Source: Eledone cirrhosa
Lineage: Eukaryota
Length of the DNA: 64,000 nucleotides
Assembly: GCA_964016885.1 (NCBI GenBank)
Contig: OZ024740.1
Span: 380,618,001-380,682,000, forward strand
Direction: 5' to 3'
The notes below the pieces were generated by a model, which was not told the origin of the DNA, did no database searches, and saw only the letters and a list, made by a program, of their open reading frames with translations. The translations under genes were made by a program, and so were the position numbers. Position 1 is the stretch's first letter; every line of letters begins with the position of its first letter. Of this stretch, positions 39,330 through 52,795 are shown piece after piece.

Positions 39330-40376
39330 GCCGTGCTTTTTCTGGTTGTTTGCTTTCTACTGAGCTAGTTAGTACCATAGCCAAGAGCCCCAATGATCAT
39401 AGGTACAAATCTAAAGGTGTAGTTGAATTAGAGTATCTGCAGATTCCTCATTAGTTACACATAAATGTCCTTTTTTCATTAACATTTTATTAACAACTGG
39501 TGGACAGCTGATTTCCACTACAACGCATGCTTTCTTTTCTCTGTCCCATATCACTATGTCCAGTCTGTTGTGCTTGCATTTTACTGGGTTTTTGACTGGA
39601 ACATTCCACCACTACTCTTTCATATTCTGTATGCACATGTCTTCCACATCACTGTAACCTTTTATATGTTTATTCGCAGGACTATCATTTCTACGGATTG
39701 CGTTGTATAGTGTTTTGGCCATTTTATCATGCCTCATAGGTAGATAGTATCGTGATAATATCTTTGGACAGCTGCTTATGATGTGGATGACATCTTCGAT
39801 GTTTATTCCACGGATTCTGCATGTCACACTTTCGTGTTTTGCCATCATACCTATCTCTTTTTTGAATTAGGTATTTTGTAGTTATTTCCTGTTTCTGAAT
39901 TGCAAAAGCATATCCGTCAAAGTGACAGCTAATATATCAGTTGTTGGTTCAAGATAGACTAATTTGCTTATCTATATTACTCTCACTTTGAAGCTTTCTG
40001 GCAACGTAGCCATGCAGGATTTTTTTCTGATAAGCCTGCAGCTTTTCATCCATGGATTCGTTGTAGTATTTCTTAACAATTTCCCTGGGTGTGAATTTTT
40101 GGTTATCATGAAGAAAGTCAAGGAGTTCTTTGCCAACTGTCATGATGTTATCTGTCTCATGTGGACAAGCTTGTTCTATAGATGGGCTTCTAGGCTTGGT
40201 GGTTCGTACATTTTGTCAGGTGAATATGATGCGACACTCAAATACTGTTTGGATTTATGTTAAGCCTTTGCTTCCCTGTTTATATTTTCAGCAGAGGCGG
40301 TCAATGTCACTTTTTATGTGGACATTTCGGGTACCTGTAAGAATTTTTTGGGTTTTAACATCACTTTAACCTCTTA
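39330..40376 (-). mobile_element. Decayed R4/Dong-like RLE-type non-LTR retrotransposon 3' part
   Basis: CRIRG..EDVIHIISSCP..RHDKMAK (CCHC) followed by WWNVPV..HNRLDIVIWD..VVEISCP (PD-D/ExK-like). Confidence 0.75.
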
Positions 40377-41125
40377 TCTAGTACCCAGTCAAGTAGTCCA
40401 ATTGTTGGTCACAGCACAAGCACAGCAAACAGATTCTGTGCTACTGATTTGTAGTCTGCAGAGAGTTCAGAAGACCGTATATATATTAATTTGTGTGTAT
40501 GTATGTATGTATGTTCTTATTCTTAATTTTGAGTTTACTTTTGTTCAACCACCTTCTCAGTAACAGGGCTGGAAAGCAAAGGGATTTGTCGTCAATCTCT
40601 AGTGTAACCGTTCATCATTCTTTTGAAATTATCTTGCCATATTGAGGGCAGCTAACTTCTGCAACGGAGCATCTTTTTTAATGTTTGCTCAAACATCAAC
40701 ATTGGTTGTGATTTAATTTGGTGGCTGTTTTTATTTGATTTTATTTCTGACTTTCGTAACGCATTCCAGATCCATCTAGCTGTCACATCACGTCCCATGG
40801 GAGGCAGTAACGAGAAGACATTCTTTCACAGTTGGCAATAATGTGGCTAACATCTTCAATCTGTTTTTCTCAACTTACATGTATCGTCAATTGAATGACC
40901 TTCGTCTTTTGTGCAGTAGGTACTTGGTGGGAATTTCTTTCAGCGTGTATATATATATGGGTATATGTATGTATAATGAATGTTTTTTCCTAAAAAATAT
41001 TGAACATTTTGACAACATAAAATTGCGAAGACAGTCCTGTTTGGAACAAGTCAGTATTAGCATTTCTATGAACGGGAGGCTTAGTGCATATATATATATA
41101 TACATATATATATTTATATATTATA

Positions 41126-42057
41126 CTAGCAGTGGTACCCGGCGTTGCACGGGATAAGGTATTTTGGAACGCGGGCCGCCAACAGACCTAATCGTGGAAA
41201 AACTGCATGCCTGGACAATATGTAAAGAAAATAAACTGATTACTCTGATGGCTGGATAATCTTTAAGATTTTCCTCGATAAAGCAGGAAAAATGCAGGTT
41301 TTCACCTAATGCGGGCCCTAGGGGATCAAGAAAATCAATTTTTTCTGTGCATAATATGCCTTGAAATTTCGGGAAAATCGGCTAGACGTAACGCCTCGAA
41401 AAAGCCCCCAAAAGCTGAAAAAATGAAGTTTTTCACCTAATGCGGGCCCTAGGCCATAAAAAAAAGTTGGATTTTCTTTGCTCACGGTATGAAGAAGAGA
41501 CTGACTAATACATAGTTACAATTTCAAGGAAATCGGTCTGACGTAAGGCTTCAAAACACCCCTAAAAAGTTTTAAAACGCAGTTTTTCACCTAATGCGGG
41601 CCCTAGGAGATGAAAAAGTTGAATTTTGTCTTATGTGCATAACACTCCCTGAAACATAAGTAATACACATGTAAAGTTTGAAAAACATCGGTTGGGTACT
41701 TCTCAAGTTTTAGGGATTCAAACTCACAGTCACACACACACACACAGACATCCTCAGGGAAGGGACGTAATGCAGACAACCATACATACAGACATATATT
41801 ATGAGGGCGTGACGTTATATGTATGTATCTATCTAAAAAGAGAAAGACTAAGAATTATAGAGAGAGATCGGTAAATCGCCTATTGTGGTCCCTAGGGCAT
41901 TGAAAATTGGAAATTTGTTGTACTCAGAACACTCCCTGAAACATAAGTATTAGATGTGTAAAGTTTGAAAACAGTCGGTTGGGTGGTTCTCGAGTTCTAG
42001 GGATTCAAACTCAGACACACAAACAGACAGATATCCTCAGTTTTATATATATATAGT
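41126..42057 (-). mobile_element. Non-autonomous Helitron-like element with internal repeats
   Basis: ctag + cccggcgttgcacggg hairpin at left end, cagacaga..ttttatatatatag at right; ttttcacctaatgcgggccctagg x3. Confidence 0.7.
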
Positions 42058-42261
42058 TTATAATATATATAATTTCTCCTTTTAAAACTGAACCTAACAA
42101 CAATATTCAAGCCGTAACTAGCCAAAACACACCACAAAAAATATAATCTAAAACCATACACAATTATGTATGTATTTCTTCCACAAGATGGCTGACTGAA
42201 CACACGTGTCTTTTCTCAAAAACACCTTTTTCCGTATATATATATATATATATATATATAT

Positions 42262-43133
42262 TTCGTTTCTGAATTTGTTTAGCAAGATTCTTTATCTGAA
42301 ATCGTGTGTTGAAACCGATATTGTTATACTTTGGGAGGGTCATGTTGCCAATAAGAAACACACGCACCAGTTGCTTTCACTTCAATTTATTATATATTTA
42401 TAAATTTATAAATTTACAAATTTACAAACTTATAAATTTCTGGTTGGTTGGTTGGTTCCACAACCAGATAGTTGTTTATATATAGTCATAGTCCTTTCGT
42501 CACACACTCTGTGACCTCTTCAGTGACTGGGGATTCCTTTCTTCGTTTCTGTGCCTTTCCTTTCTTCTATCCTACGCCATTTTGTTTCTGTGTGTGTGTT
42601 GTGTGCTCAGTTTGCGCATGCGCCACATCTGGGTGTCTGTGTGTGTTTGTGTTCATTTTTGTGTTCATTTTATATATATATATATTGTTATACTTTGGGA
42701 GGGTCATGTTGCCAATAAGAAACACACGCACCAGTTGCTTTCACTTCAATTATTATAATAAATTTATAAATTTAGGAATTTATAAATTTCTGGTTGGTTG
42801 GTTGGTTCCACAACCTGATGATTGTTTATATATTGTCAAATTTCTTTCGTCACACATTCTGTGACCTCTTCAGTGACTGGAGATTCTTTTCTTTGTTTTT
42901 GTGCCTCTCCGTTGTTCTGTCCTACGCCATCTTATGTTTGTGTGTATTGTGTGCTTAGTTTGCGCATGTGTTACATCCGGGTGTCTGTGTGTGTTTACAT
43001 TCGTTTATTTATTTGTTTATTTACATGTTACTGATTGGTTGTTTGTTCTATGTGCAACATGACCCTCCCAAAGTATAACAACATCGGTTTCAGCACACGT
43101 TTTCAGATAAAGAATCTTGCTAAGCAATTCCGA

Positions 43134-43135
<2 letters not shown>
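42262..43135. repeat. Composite repeat: ~85-bp terminal inverted repeats around a ~360-bp tandem duplication, flanked by (TA)n
   Basis: 42262-42347 inverted vs 43053-43135; 42320-42660 resembles 42684-43010; related pieces at 23409-23565. Confidence 0.75.
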
Positions 43136-43190
<55 letters not shown>

Positions 43191-43194
43191 TATA

Positions 43195-43286
<92 letters not shown>

Positions 43287-43290
43287 TATA

Positions 43291-43351
<61 letters not shown>

Positions 43352-45199
43352 TTGTTTACGTTTATGGTACGATGCGATACACATGCGATTTATGACAAAC
43401 AGTGTAGTCAGCATTTTCAATATATCATATGAAGATTTATTCTTTAGTTTTGCAGCTGTAACTGTATGTTCTTGTTTAAGCTGATACTAAAATGTTAATG
43501 TTTCAGATGCCGATTCCTATCTGCGTTTCTAATTTCTACTGTACATGTGTCTGATGTTTTATGAATGTATTTTGATTGTATTGTCTGTGTTACATTTGGT
43601 AATTACGAAAACCTTTGAAATATGTTTTTTAGAAATGAAATTGTTTTTCAATCTGTGGTCTAGCTCTGACTCAAACTTTTGGTTCTATCTCACTTCTGTT
43701 GCTTCAGTTATGAATGTGATATACTGGGATATTTAGTACCTAATAGGTTGATCTTTGGTCCCTTATCTGAGCACCATTTGGGTAAATGTCTTGTATTTCA
43801 TATCCTAATTAATATTGTTTTAATTCAATTTTTATTTCAGCGTATTAAATAAATAAAAATGAAAGTAGAATACGTAAGAAATGAAAGTAAAACACATAAA
43901 TGAATGTTTTAATAAAAAAAATAGAAGTGTATACGATCAACTGCAATTTCATCCAAAGCAAACCAATGGACTGGTGATGCGGTTCTCCTATTACAAAGGG
44001 GATTCATGAATATAAATAGATGTAGGCAACATTTGTTACAGTGTAATGGTATACGGCAAATGTTGCCTCAGTGATGTATCTTTAAGTTAGCGCAAAACAT
44101 TTTGTCTCATTGTGAAAATCACATTGACGTGAAAAACGAGACGAGAGAAAAAGAAATTCATAATAGTTTTATTATATAGAAACTATATAATATAACAGCT
44201 GCAGTTTGATAACATCTGAGTTTCCCCATTTTCCCATGTGGTGACTTGTGCCGTCCGTGATTGATTTGCTCAATATGGCATGCAAGTCGATGGTTGATTT
44301 AGCGGGAGTTATAAGTGCAGGTGGGTTACGTTATTTTCTGAGTGTTTTGTTTACGGGTTAAGACAGACTTAGTTCTGTATAATTGATTATTTCTCTAGTT
44401 AATTTTTACCGACTAAGAGGAGAGATTAGGTAAATTTTATTTGACTGTTCCTCATCAAGGAATATCGGTAACATTTATCTGTTATTTCTTCAAAGTTACA
44501 TTTTAAACTTAGCTCTGTTTAAACGATTATTTATCTAGTTGATTTCCACGGACTAAGAAATGATTGGATAAATTTTGTCTGACTATTCTTCAAACTTATA
44601 ATTTTATGTATATATATATGTGCATATGTGTGTGTGTTTGTTTGTTTGTGTGTGTGTGTGTGTGTGTGTAAGTGTGTGTGTGCAAGTGTGTGTAAGTGTA
44701 CTAGTATTAATAGAGTGTTGGTTAGAGAAGAGTTGCGCCAGGAAGGGCATGATACTATGCAAATGGTCAAAGAGGCGGATGGAGTCTACAGGTGGGAAAT
44801 TTTGACAAGAAAATCCCATATCAGATATAGTTGATAATGTTACAAATAAAACAACAACCACGCTGCTTTCACCGAAAGTCACTGGTGAGTGATATAGAAG
44901 AATAGAGGTCAACTGTAAATTTGACTTTACTGCATATGTTTGCGTGGAGGAAAGCTTGGCGAGGAATGCATCTACACATGTGTGCATGTGTGGGTATTTG
45001 CACACGCACGTAATAATGTCTACCAAGCATATACATATATATAACATGCACGCAAGCAATTGTATGTATGCACACACGCATACACACTCGCACACATAGA
45101 CACACACACACACATATATATATATGTATATATACACATATATATACATGTATATATGTATATATATATATATATTATATATATATATGTATATATATG

Positions 45200-45231
<32 letters not shown>

Positions 45232-45292
45232 TATGTATGTTATATATATGTATGTATATATATATATATGTATGTATGTATATATATGTATG

Positions 45293-45383
<91 letters not shown>

Positions 45384-45815
45384 AGTATATATTGGTTGTC
45401 TACCAACACCTCAGTATGCAAATTGGAGCACTCACTCGACGAAGTGCGCAGGTTGGTTTGGTTACTCCGGAGTAATGTAAACTAAACTAAAATAAATAAG
45501 TCAAATATTTAAAATTTGGCTTCGTTTATTACTGAAGCCAAATTTTAAATATTTCACTTATTTTATTTTATTTTATATATATATATATATATATATTGGT
45601 AAACGGAATAGAAAATGCTGACAAATTGTTCACAGTTGAAAAATGGTTTAATTAGGAATAAAAGAGTATTAGTGATTGTATGGGTTAGTATTCAGTTGTG
45701 GTTTTAAGTTTTTAAGTTTTTACCGGTTGCGCATTTCTAAATGCTTTTCAAAAATAATTTTGAGATAGAGTGTCCGTGCTGTTTGCTCTGATCTGATTAG
45801 TTTTGGGAATTCTAC

Positions 45816-46032
45816 CTGTTTTTATGTTAAAAAAAGTGGCTCCAATTTGCAAAAATTCTTGTGGTCAAAACAATTTTGATTGGTCGGTAGAGGTCATGTG
45901 AATGTAAAAAATTGATTTTGCGCCAAGACTGTTTTTATGTTAAAAATGTGGCTCCAGCAAAAATTCTTGTGGTCAAAACAATTTTGATTGGTCGGTAGAG
46001 GTCATGTGAATAAAAAATTGGTTTTGCGCCAA
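45816..46032 (+). repeat. ~110-bp tandem duplication
   Basis: ctgtttttatgttaaaaa..gtggctcc...ttttgcgccaa occurs twice. Confidence 0.85.
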
Positions 46033-46059
46033 CATTGAGAAATGACTCTTTCACAACAA

Positions 46060-46114
<55 letters not shown>

Positions 46115-46229
46115 GCAGAGTAATTCATGGTGGCAGGGATGGTCAGTAAGAATGTGTCTGAAAGCAATGGGGGGTATTTTAGCATGTCAAAAGATATTTT
46201 TCAGCTTTTGTCTTATACGGAGAAGTGCC

Positions 46230-46261
<32 letters not shown>

Positions 46262-46303
46262 AGTCTCTTTGTATGTTGATGTACGCGTGTGTATGTGTGT
46301 GTG

Positions 46304-46350
<47 letters not shown>

Positions 46351-46699
46351 ACCAGTATTCCCCCCCCCCCTGGTAAAATGGTGTACATTATTCGATTTTT
46401 TCAGTAAAATCGGTTCTCTTAATAGAACATCAAAAATCTTAACAATAAAAGGTGTGAAATGATATTCACTATATATATATATACACATACATATATACAC
46501 ATACATATATACACATACATATATATATATACACATACATATATACACATACATATTCACATATTCACATATTCACATATATACACATACATATATTCAC
46601 TATATATATATATATAAGCAGGAAGCTTAATTAAGAATGTAGGATTCACATGCAGCAGCTGTGCTGAAACAGCAAGCAAACAGCCACAGGAAACAAGTA

Positions 46700-46990
46700 C
46701 CACCAATCTCTGGGAGGGCCCTGTAGAAACAGTAGACAGCTTCTGCTACCTAGGTGACCGAATTAGCAACGGAGGTGGGTGCTCAGAAAGTACAATAACT
46801 AGGGTAAGAACGGGATGGAAGAAGTTTAGGGAACTACTACCACTGCTAGCTGCAAAAGGCTTCTCCCTCAGAATGAAAGGCAGACTGTATGATGCGTGTA
46901 TCCGAACAGCGATGTTGCATGGTAGTGAGACCTGGGCGCTGAAGGTGGAAGACTTACGTAGATTAGAGAGAAACGAAGCCTGCATGCTAT
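46700..46990 (+). mobile_element. RTE-group LINE fragment (post-RT region)
   Basis: VETVDSFCYLGD..RVRTGWKKFRELLPLL..KGRLYDACIRTAMLHGSETW. Confidence 0.85.
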
Positions 46991-47394
46991 CGAGTGAGTC
47001 AATCCTGTATGACAGGATTGACTCACTCGATATGCAAATTAGGCTGCTCAGCCGTTAATATACATAAGGAAAGTATATACTCAGCCGTTAATATGCATAA
47101 GGAAAGTATATACTTTCAGACGTTCAATCATCTGGCAGGAAGGTATACGTTGCTGACGATAGCTAATAAGCTTGAAACTAGTACAGCGTTTCTTTGTCAG
47201 TGTTGAACAAATGAGCAACGATGGTTGCTAGACACTGTATGGCTTAATTCGGGATGTTTGTTTACAAACACACCGAGCATTATAATAAATGTTCGGTGAA
47301 TCCATACGTACATATATATATATGTGTGCATGTATGTATATATATATACATACTACTGTACGTCTGTATACATATATGTATGTACGTATACATA

Positions 47395-47478
<84 letters not shown>

Positions 47479-47483
<5 letters not shown>

Positions 47484-48206
47484 GTTAAAAATGTACATCC
47501 ACATATGTATACTGAAATACTAGTATGCATATGAATACACACACGTATACATATGTAGATGTACCGATTTTTTCACTGGTCACTTTACTGTGAGTGTCCA
47601 GCTATTCTGTATGTAAACACACAGACAAACCGGTTTTTAGAGTCATACTGGTTTTTGAGGAAACACCTTTCCTCTATTCTCCAGAAAGCCAGACAAGGAA
47701 TATTGAACTAGTTTCGTTGTTGTTACAACTCATCAGCAATATTTACCTATCTCCCGGCCTTTCTAGAGAATCGTAAAAGCACATATCGTTATATCCTTTT
47801 TCTATGAAAATTAGTAGTGGGCAGACTAATTTGCATAGAGTGTGAGTACGTACCGGTTCAACGGAGACGATAAAAACAAATAACGAAACGAAATTAAATT
47901 TCGTTTCGTTTGTAACTCACTTTTGTATGACTGACGCTTAAACAATTAAGTTAAAAATGTACATCCACATATGTATACTGAAATACTAGTATGCATATGA
48001 ATACACACACGTATACATATGTAGATGTACCGATTTTTTCACTGGTCACTTTACTGTGAGTGTCCAGCTATGTAAACACACAGACAAACCGGTTTTTAGA
48101 GTCATACTGGTTTTTGAGGAAACACCTTTCCTCTATTCTCCAGAAGCGTCAGTCATACAAAAGTGAGTTACAAACGAAACGAAATTTAATTTCGTTTCGT
48201 TATTTG

Positions 48207-48213
<7 letters not shown>
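47479..48213. repeat. Direct duplication (47479-47685 / 47945-48146) with interleaved inverted segment (47870-47939 / 48144-48213)
   Basis: Direct comparison. Confidence 0.85.
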
Positions 48214-48257
<44 letters not shown>

Positions 48258-48619
48258 TTATATATATGTGTGTGTGTGTGTGTTTATATATATATATAGA
48301 CATATATAAATTTACATACATATACAGATATGAATGTGTGTGTTTGTTAGACTGTCTGTATCTATGTATTTAAGTTTGTATGTACAATTGTGTGTGCGTG
48401 CGAATATGTCTCTGTTCATTTGCATTCTTTCAACAGGATGTTTCATTTACATGCATGGCTCAGAAACCCAGACATTGTATGTTTGCTGCAATGCTGCAAT
48501 ACTGCAATATATAGTCGTGGTAATTCATGCAACATAGATACTATGTCACATATTAGAGCAATTAACTACTTATATATTGACATCTATTTCTCACCAACCA
48601 CATTTTCCACAATATGCAT

Positions 48620-49330
<711 letters not shown>

Positions 49331-49518
49331 ATATGTAATTATGTGTTTTGTATGTATATTTATGATAGTCTTAAGGATGACTGCCCTGACATAGTGAAAC
49401 ACTGTTTTGAGTTTCAATCATCAAAATAGGCTTCGTGGGAAAATCAGTGTAGACTACTGACATGACAAAAATAAATGTAAAAATCAAACAATACAAAGAA
49501 AATCTTGTAAAATAAAAT

Positions 49519-49591
<73 letters not shown>

Positions 49592-50731
49592 ATATATATA
49601 TATATACACACATATATATATACATTATATACAGAATAAAAACATATACAAAACATGAATGAATACAATAGAAAAAGAACAACATAATGTAAGCAATAAA
49701 TTTATAAATGAGAGACGAATAAGGAACGAAAAATCGTATAAAAAACGAAAAGGTGTATAAAAAGCGAAAAGTTATTAGAAATATATAAAGAATGAATGAA
49801 ATTAATGAATGATTAACGAAGCAAGTCAAAATTCGTAAAGAAGGAAAGAGAAGATAAGAAGAAAACGTGATAAATGTATGATAGAAAGAAATTAAATGGA
49901 ATTCCTGAAAATATGAAAAATGAATAAATGTTTATTATATGTGATAAAAATTCCTAAAGAGAAGAAAGGTGTGAGGGTCTTCGTCAACAACAAATAATCT
50001 TAGATATATTCCAACCATTCCACGCTCTCTTTATTTATTTCTCTCTCTCCCCTTCTCTCTCTCTCTCTTTCTTTCCTTTCCTTCTTTTTCTTTCTTTTTC
50101 TCTCTCCTTCTCTCTCTTTTGTCGTTCTCGATAATGGATCTGCGACCGAAACATCGAGGCTTTTTTATTTTCTATTTGCTGTAACATTTATTTTAAACTG
50201 AGAATCTAGAAGGAGAAACCCTACTTGTGACTCTATCAGTTTCAGCTTTGAGTAGATATATATTTAAAGTAACACACATGCTCTCAATTATAGTGGCACA
50301 AGACCAGCAATTTAGAGAGAAGTGTACGTTGATTATATCGATTTCAGTGCTTGTCTGGTACATTAGTTTATCGACCATGGAATGGAAGGATAAATGTCGA
50401 AGTTGGTCTCAGTGGAATTTTAAATAAGAACGTCAAAAAAAAAAAAAAAAAGAAAAGAAATACCACAAAGCATTTTGTCTGATGCTCTGATGAGTTTGCC
50501 AATTCGGGCTTCGAATGGTAGAAACTGTAAAGTATTAAACCAAATTCCTGGATAATTTCTTTTACTTTCTGAATTCAAAGCAATCCTAGGATAAAACAAA
50601 TCAATATCTAGATGTTGTTCATGTTGCTGTTGTTATTTAAGCCTGGTTAATAGACATATGATTGAAGGCATTCCATCTGTGACAATCCTATATTATTATG
50701 TGCAGGGAAGCGGAGACTACACTGTTTAGAT

Positions 50732-50876
50732 CCCGAGGTCCACATGGGTCACATATGTGTTGTCTGAGGGTCACATATGACAACTAATTGCGCACATTAC
50801 AAATAATATTTTTTTTATTTTATATTACGCTCACGCTGTAAAAACCTTTGTGCGGGCTGCATGTTTGACACGCCTG
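50732..50876. mobile_element. hAT-like MITE remnant
   Basis: 8-bp flanks gtttagat/gtttagac; right end gcgggctgcatgtttgacacgcctg. Confidence 0.55.
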
Positions 50877-52329
50877 GTTTAGACGGTGAGGGATGATTGC
50901 TGCGTCGTGGATGTTGGACGAATAAATATCAGTCAATCTTAGGTGTATATATAATCAGTTGCTCATTCTCCAAACTTTGTGGTTATCACAATTATCTCGG
51001 TACAAAAAGAATGGGTCCTCTACCACGAGTGTGATAAGAAATACGATTTATAACAAATATATACCACAAAGCATCTCGTCCGAGGCTTTTAAAATTCCGC
51101 CAATCTACTGCCCAGAAATGGTACGTAATTTATTGACATCGGCATAATCCAAAGTAATATTGAATTTGGAGCGTTTGAACTCAAATCGTAAAAAGGCGGA
51201 ACATTTGTCACATGTAAGGATTTTGCCAATTCGCTGCTTTGAAATTGAGATGAAATATTAAACCGAAAAACAAAATGAAAAATTAGAGGTAAATAAAACG
51301 GAAAAGAAAGAAAAAAGAAGAAAAAGAAATAAAGAAGAGAAAGGACCATGCAAGAAAGTAAAAGGAGTCGCCTCTCTCCCTAAAAAAAAGAAGAAAATAA
51401 AGAAATGATGCAAAGAGATCCAAATGTGTTTTACCCTATTGTCGACTTGTTTCTAAATTTACTCCCATACCCATCCTCCCTCCCAGAGAATGGTAGTGGC
51501 AAGTGGAATTAAAAAAATCGAGGTAAGTAAAAAAGGAAGGAAAAACGAACACGAGGGCTTAAAATTGTTTTCAAAATGTCAAAAAACATGTAGATGTCTT
51601 TTAGAAGATAGTGATATATTTTGAAATTTTTTAAATGTTACTTTATTTTAAAGAAATATTTTATCAGCACTGCATGAATACTGACATCTTTTTGCAATCT
51701 CTTTACATTTCTGAGGTAGAACAACAATGGAGTCGATTTCATAATTCACCTAATTGTTTCATAGTCATTGCTGATATGGATAGGCAACATAACACAAGCG
51801 GCTTCTGATAATGAAAATAATAAATGCTTTTATGAGCAAAGAAGAAGCTGTTATTTTCTTAAAATCCAACTAAAATTGTGTATTAATATATAACAGTTTC
51901 CTTTTCTTTGCTAATAAAGGCACATATCATCTATTATTAAAAGCTGCGTGTGCTAGGGTGTCTATCTTTATCGGCAAATATTATTATTAAACAATTAGTT
52001 CATAATAGGTTCAGATCCCGCCGAGGTTAACTTTGCCTTTCACCCTTACGGGATCGATAAAATAAAGTACCAGTAATGTACTGGATATTTGCTGGTCTTG
52101 TGCCAATAGTAGAAACAATTATTATGAAACAATTAGTTTCTTTAAATCCATCTATAATGGTGTATATATAAATCAGTTTTATGTTTGCATAAAGTAGGGT
52201 AATTCTTCTGTTATGAGAAATCACACACCAGTATATATCATCTTGATCACATTGACCGACGAGTCTGTCGGGCGCCAATCAGCGCCGCTGGTCACAGCAC
52301 GTCGTGCTGTTTTAGCAATAAGATAACGC

Positions 52330-52497
52330 CATCTCACTAGCTGGGCAGGCCGATACTCATTTCTACAGCTGAGTAAACTGGAGCAACGTGAAACAAAGTG
52401 TCTTGCTCAAGGAAACAACACATCACCCGGTCCGAGAATTGAACTCACAACCTTTCGATTGCAAGCCCAATGCTCTAACCACTAAGCCATGCGCCTT
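52330..52497 (-). mobile_element. SINE family B copy
   Basis: Reverse complement resembles 22209-22330 (aagtgtcttgctcaagga, gaactcacaacc, ctaaccactaagcca). Confidence 0.75.
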
Positions 52498-52503
52498 TAC
52501 AAC

Positions 52504-52539
<36 letters not shown>

Positions 52540-52547
52540 ATATATAT

Positions 52548-52688
<141 letters not shown>

Positions 52689-52746
52689 TTTTACTCTTTT
52701 ACCTGTTTCAGCCATCCGGCTGAGGCCATGCTGGGGCACCGCCCTT

Positions 52747-52794
<48 letters not shown>

Positions 52795-52795
<1 letters not shown>

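Noticed and set aside
42286-42325. ctgaaatcgtgtgttgaaacc as a hammerhead
   Set aside because: CUGANGA core and stems are not satisfied in any of the three copies.
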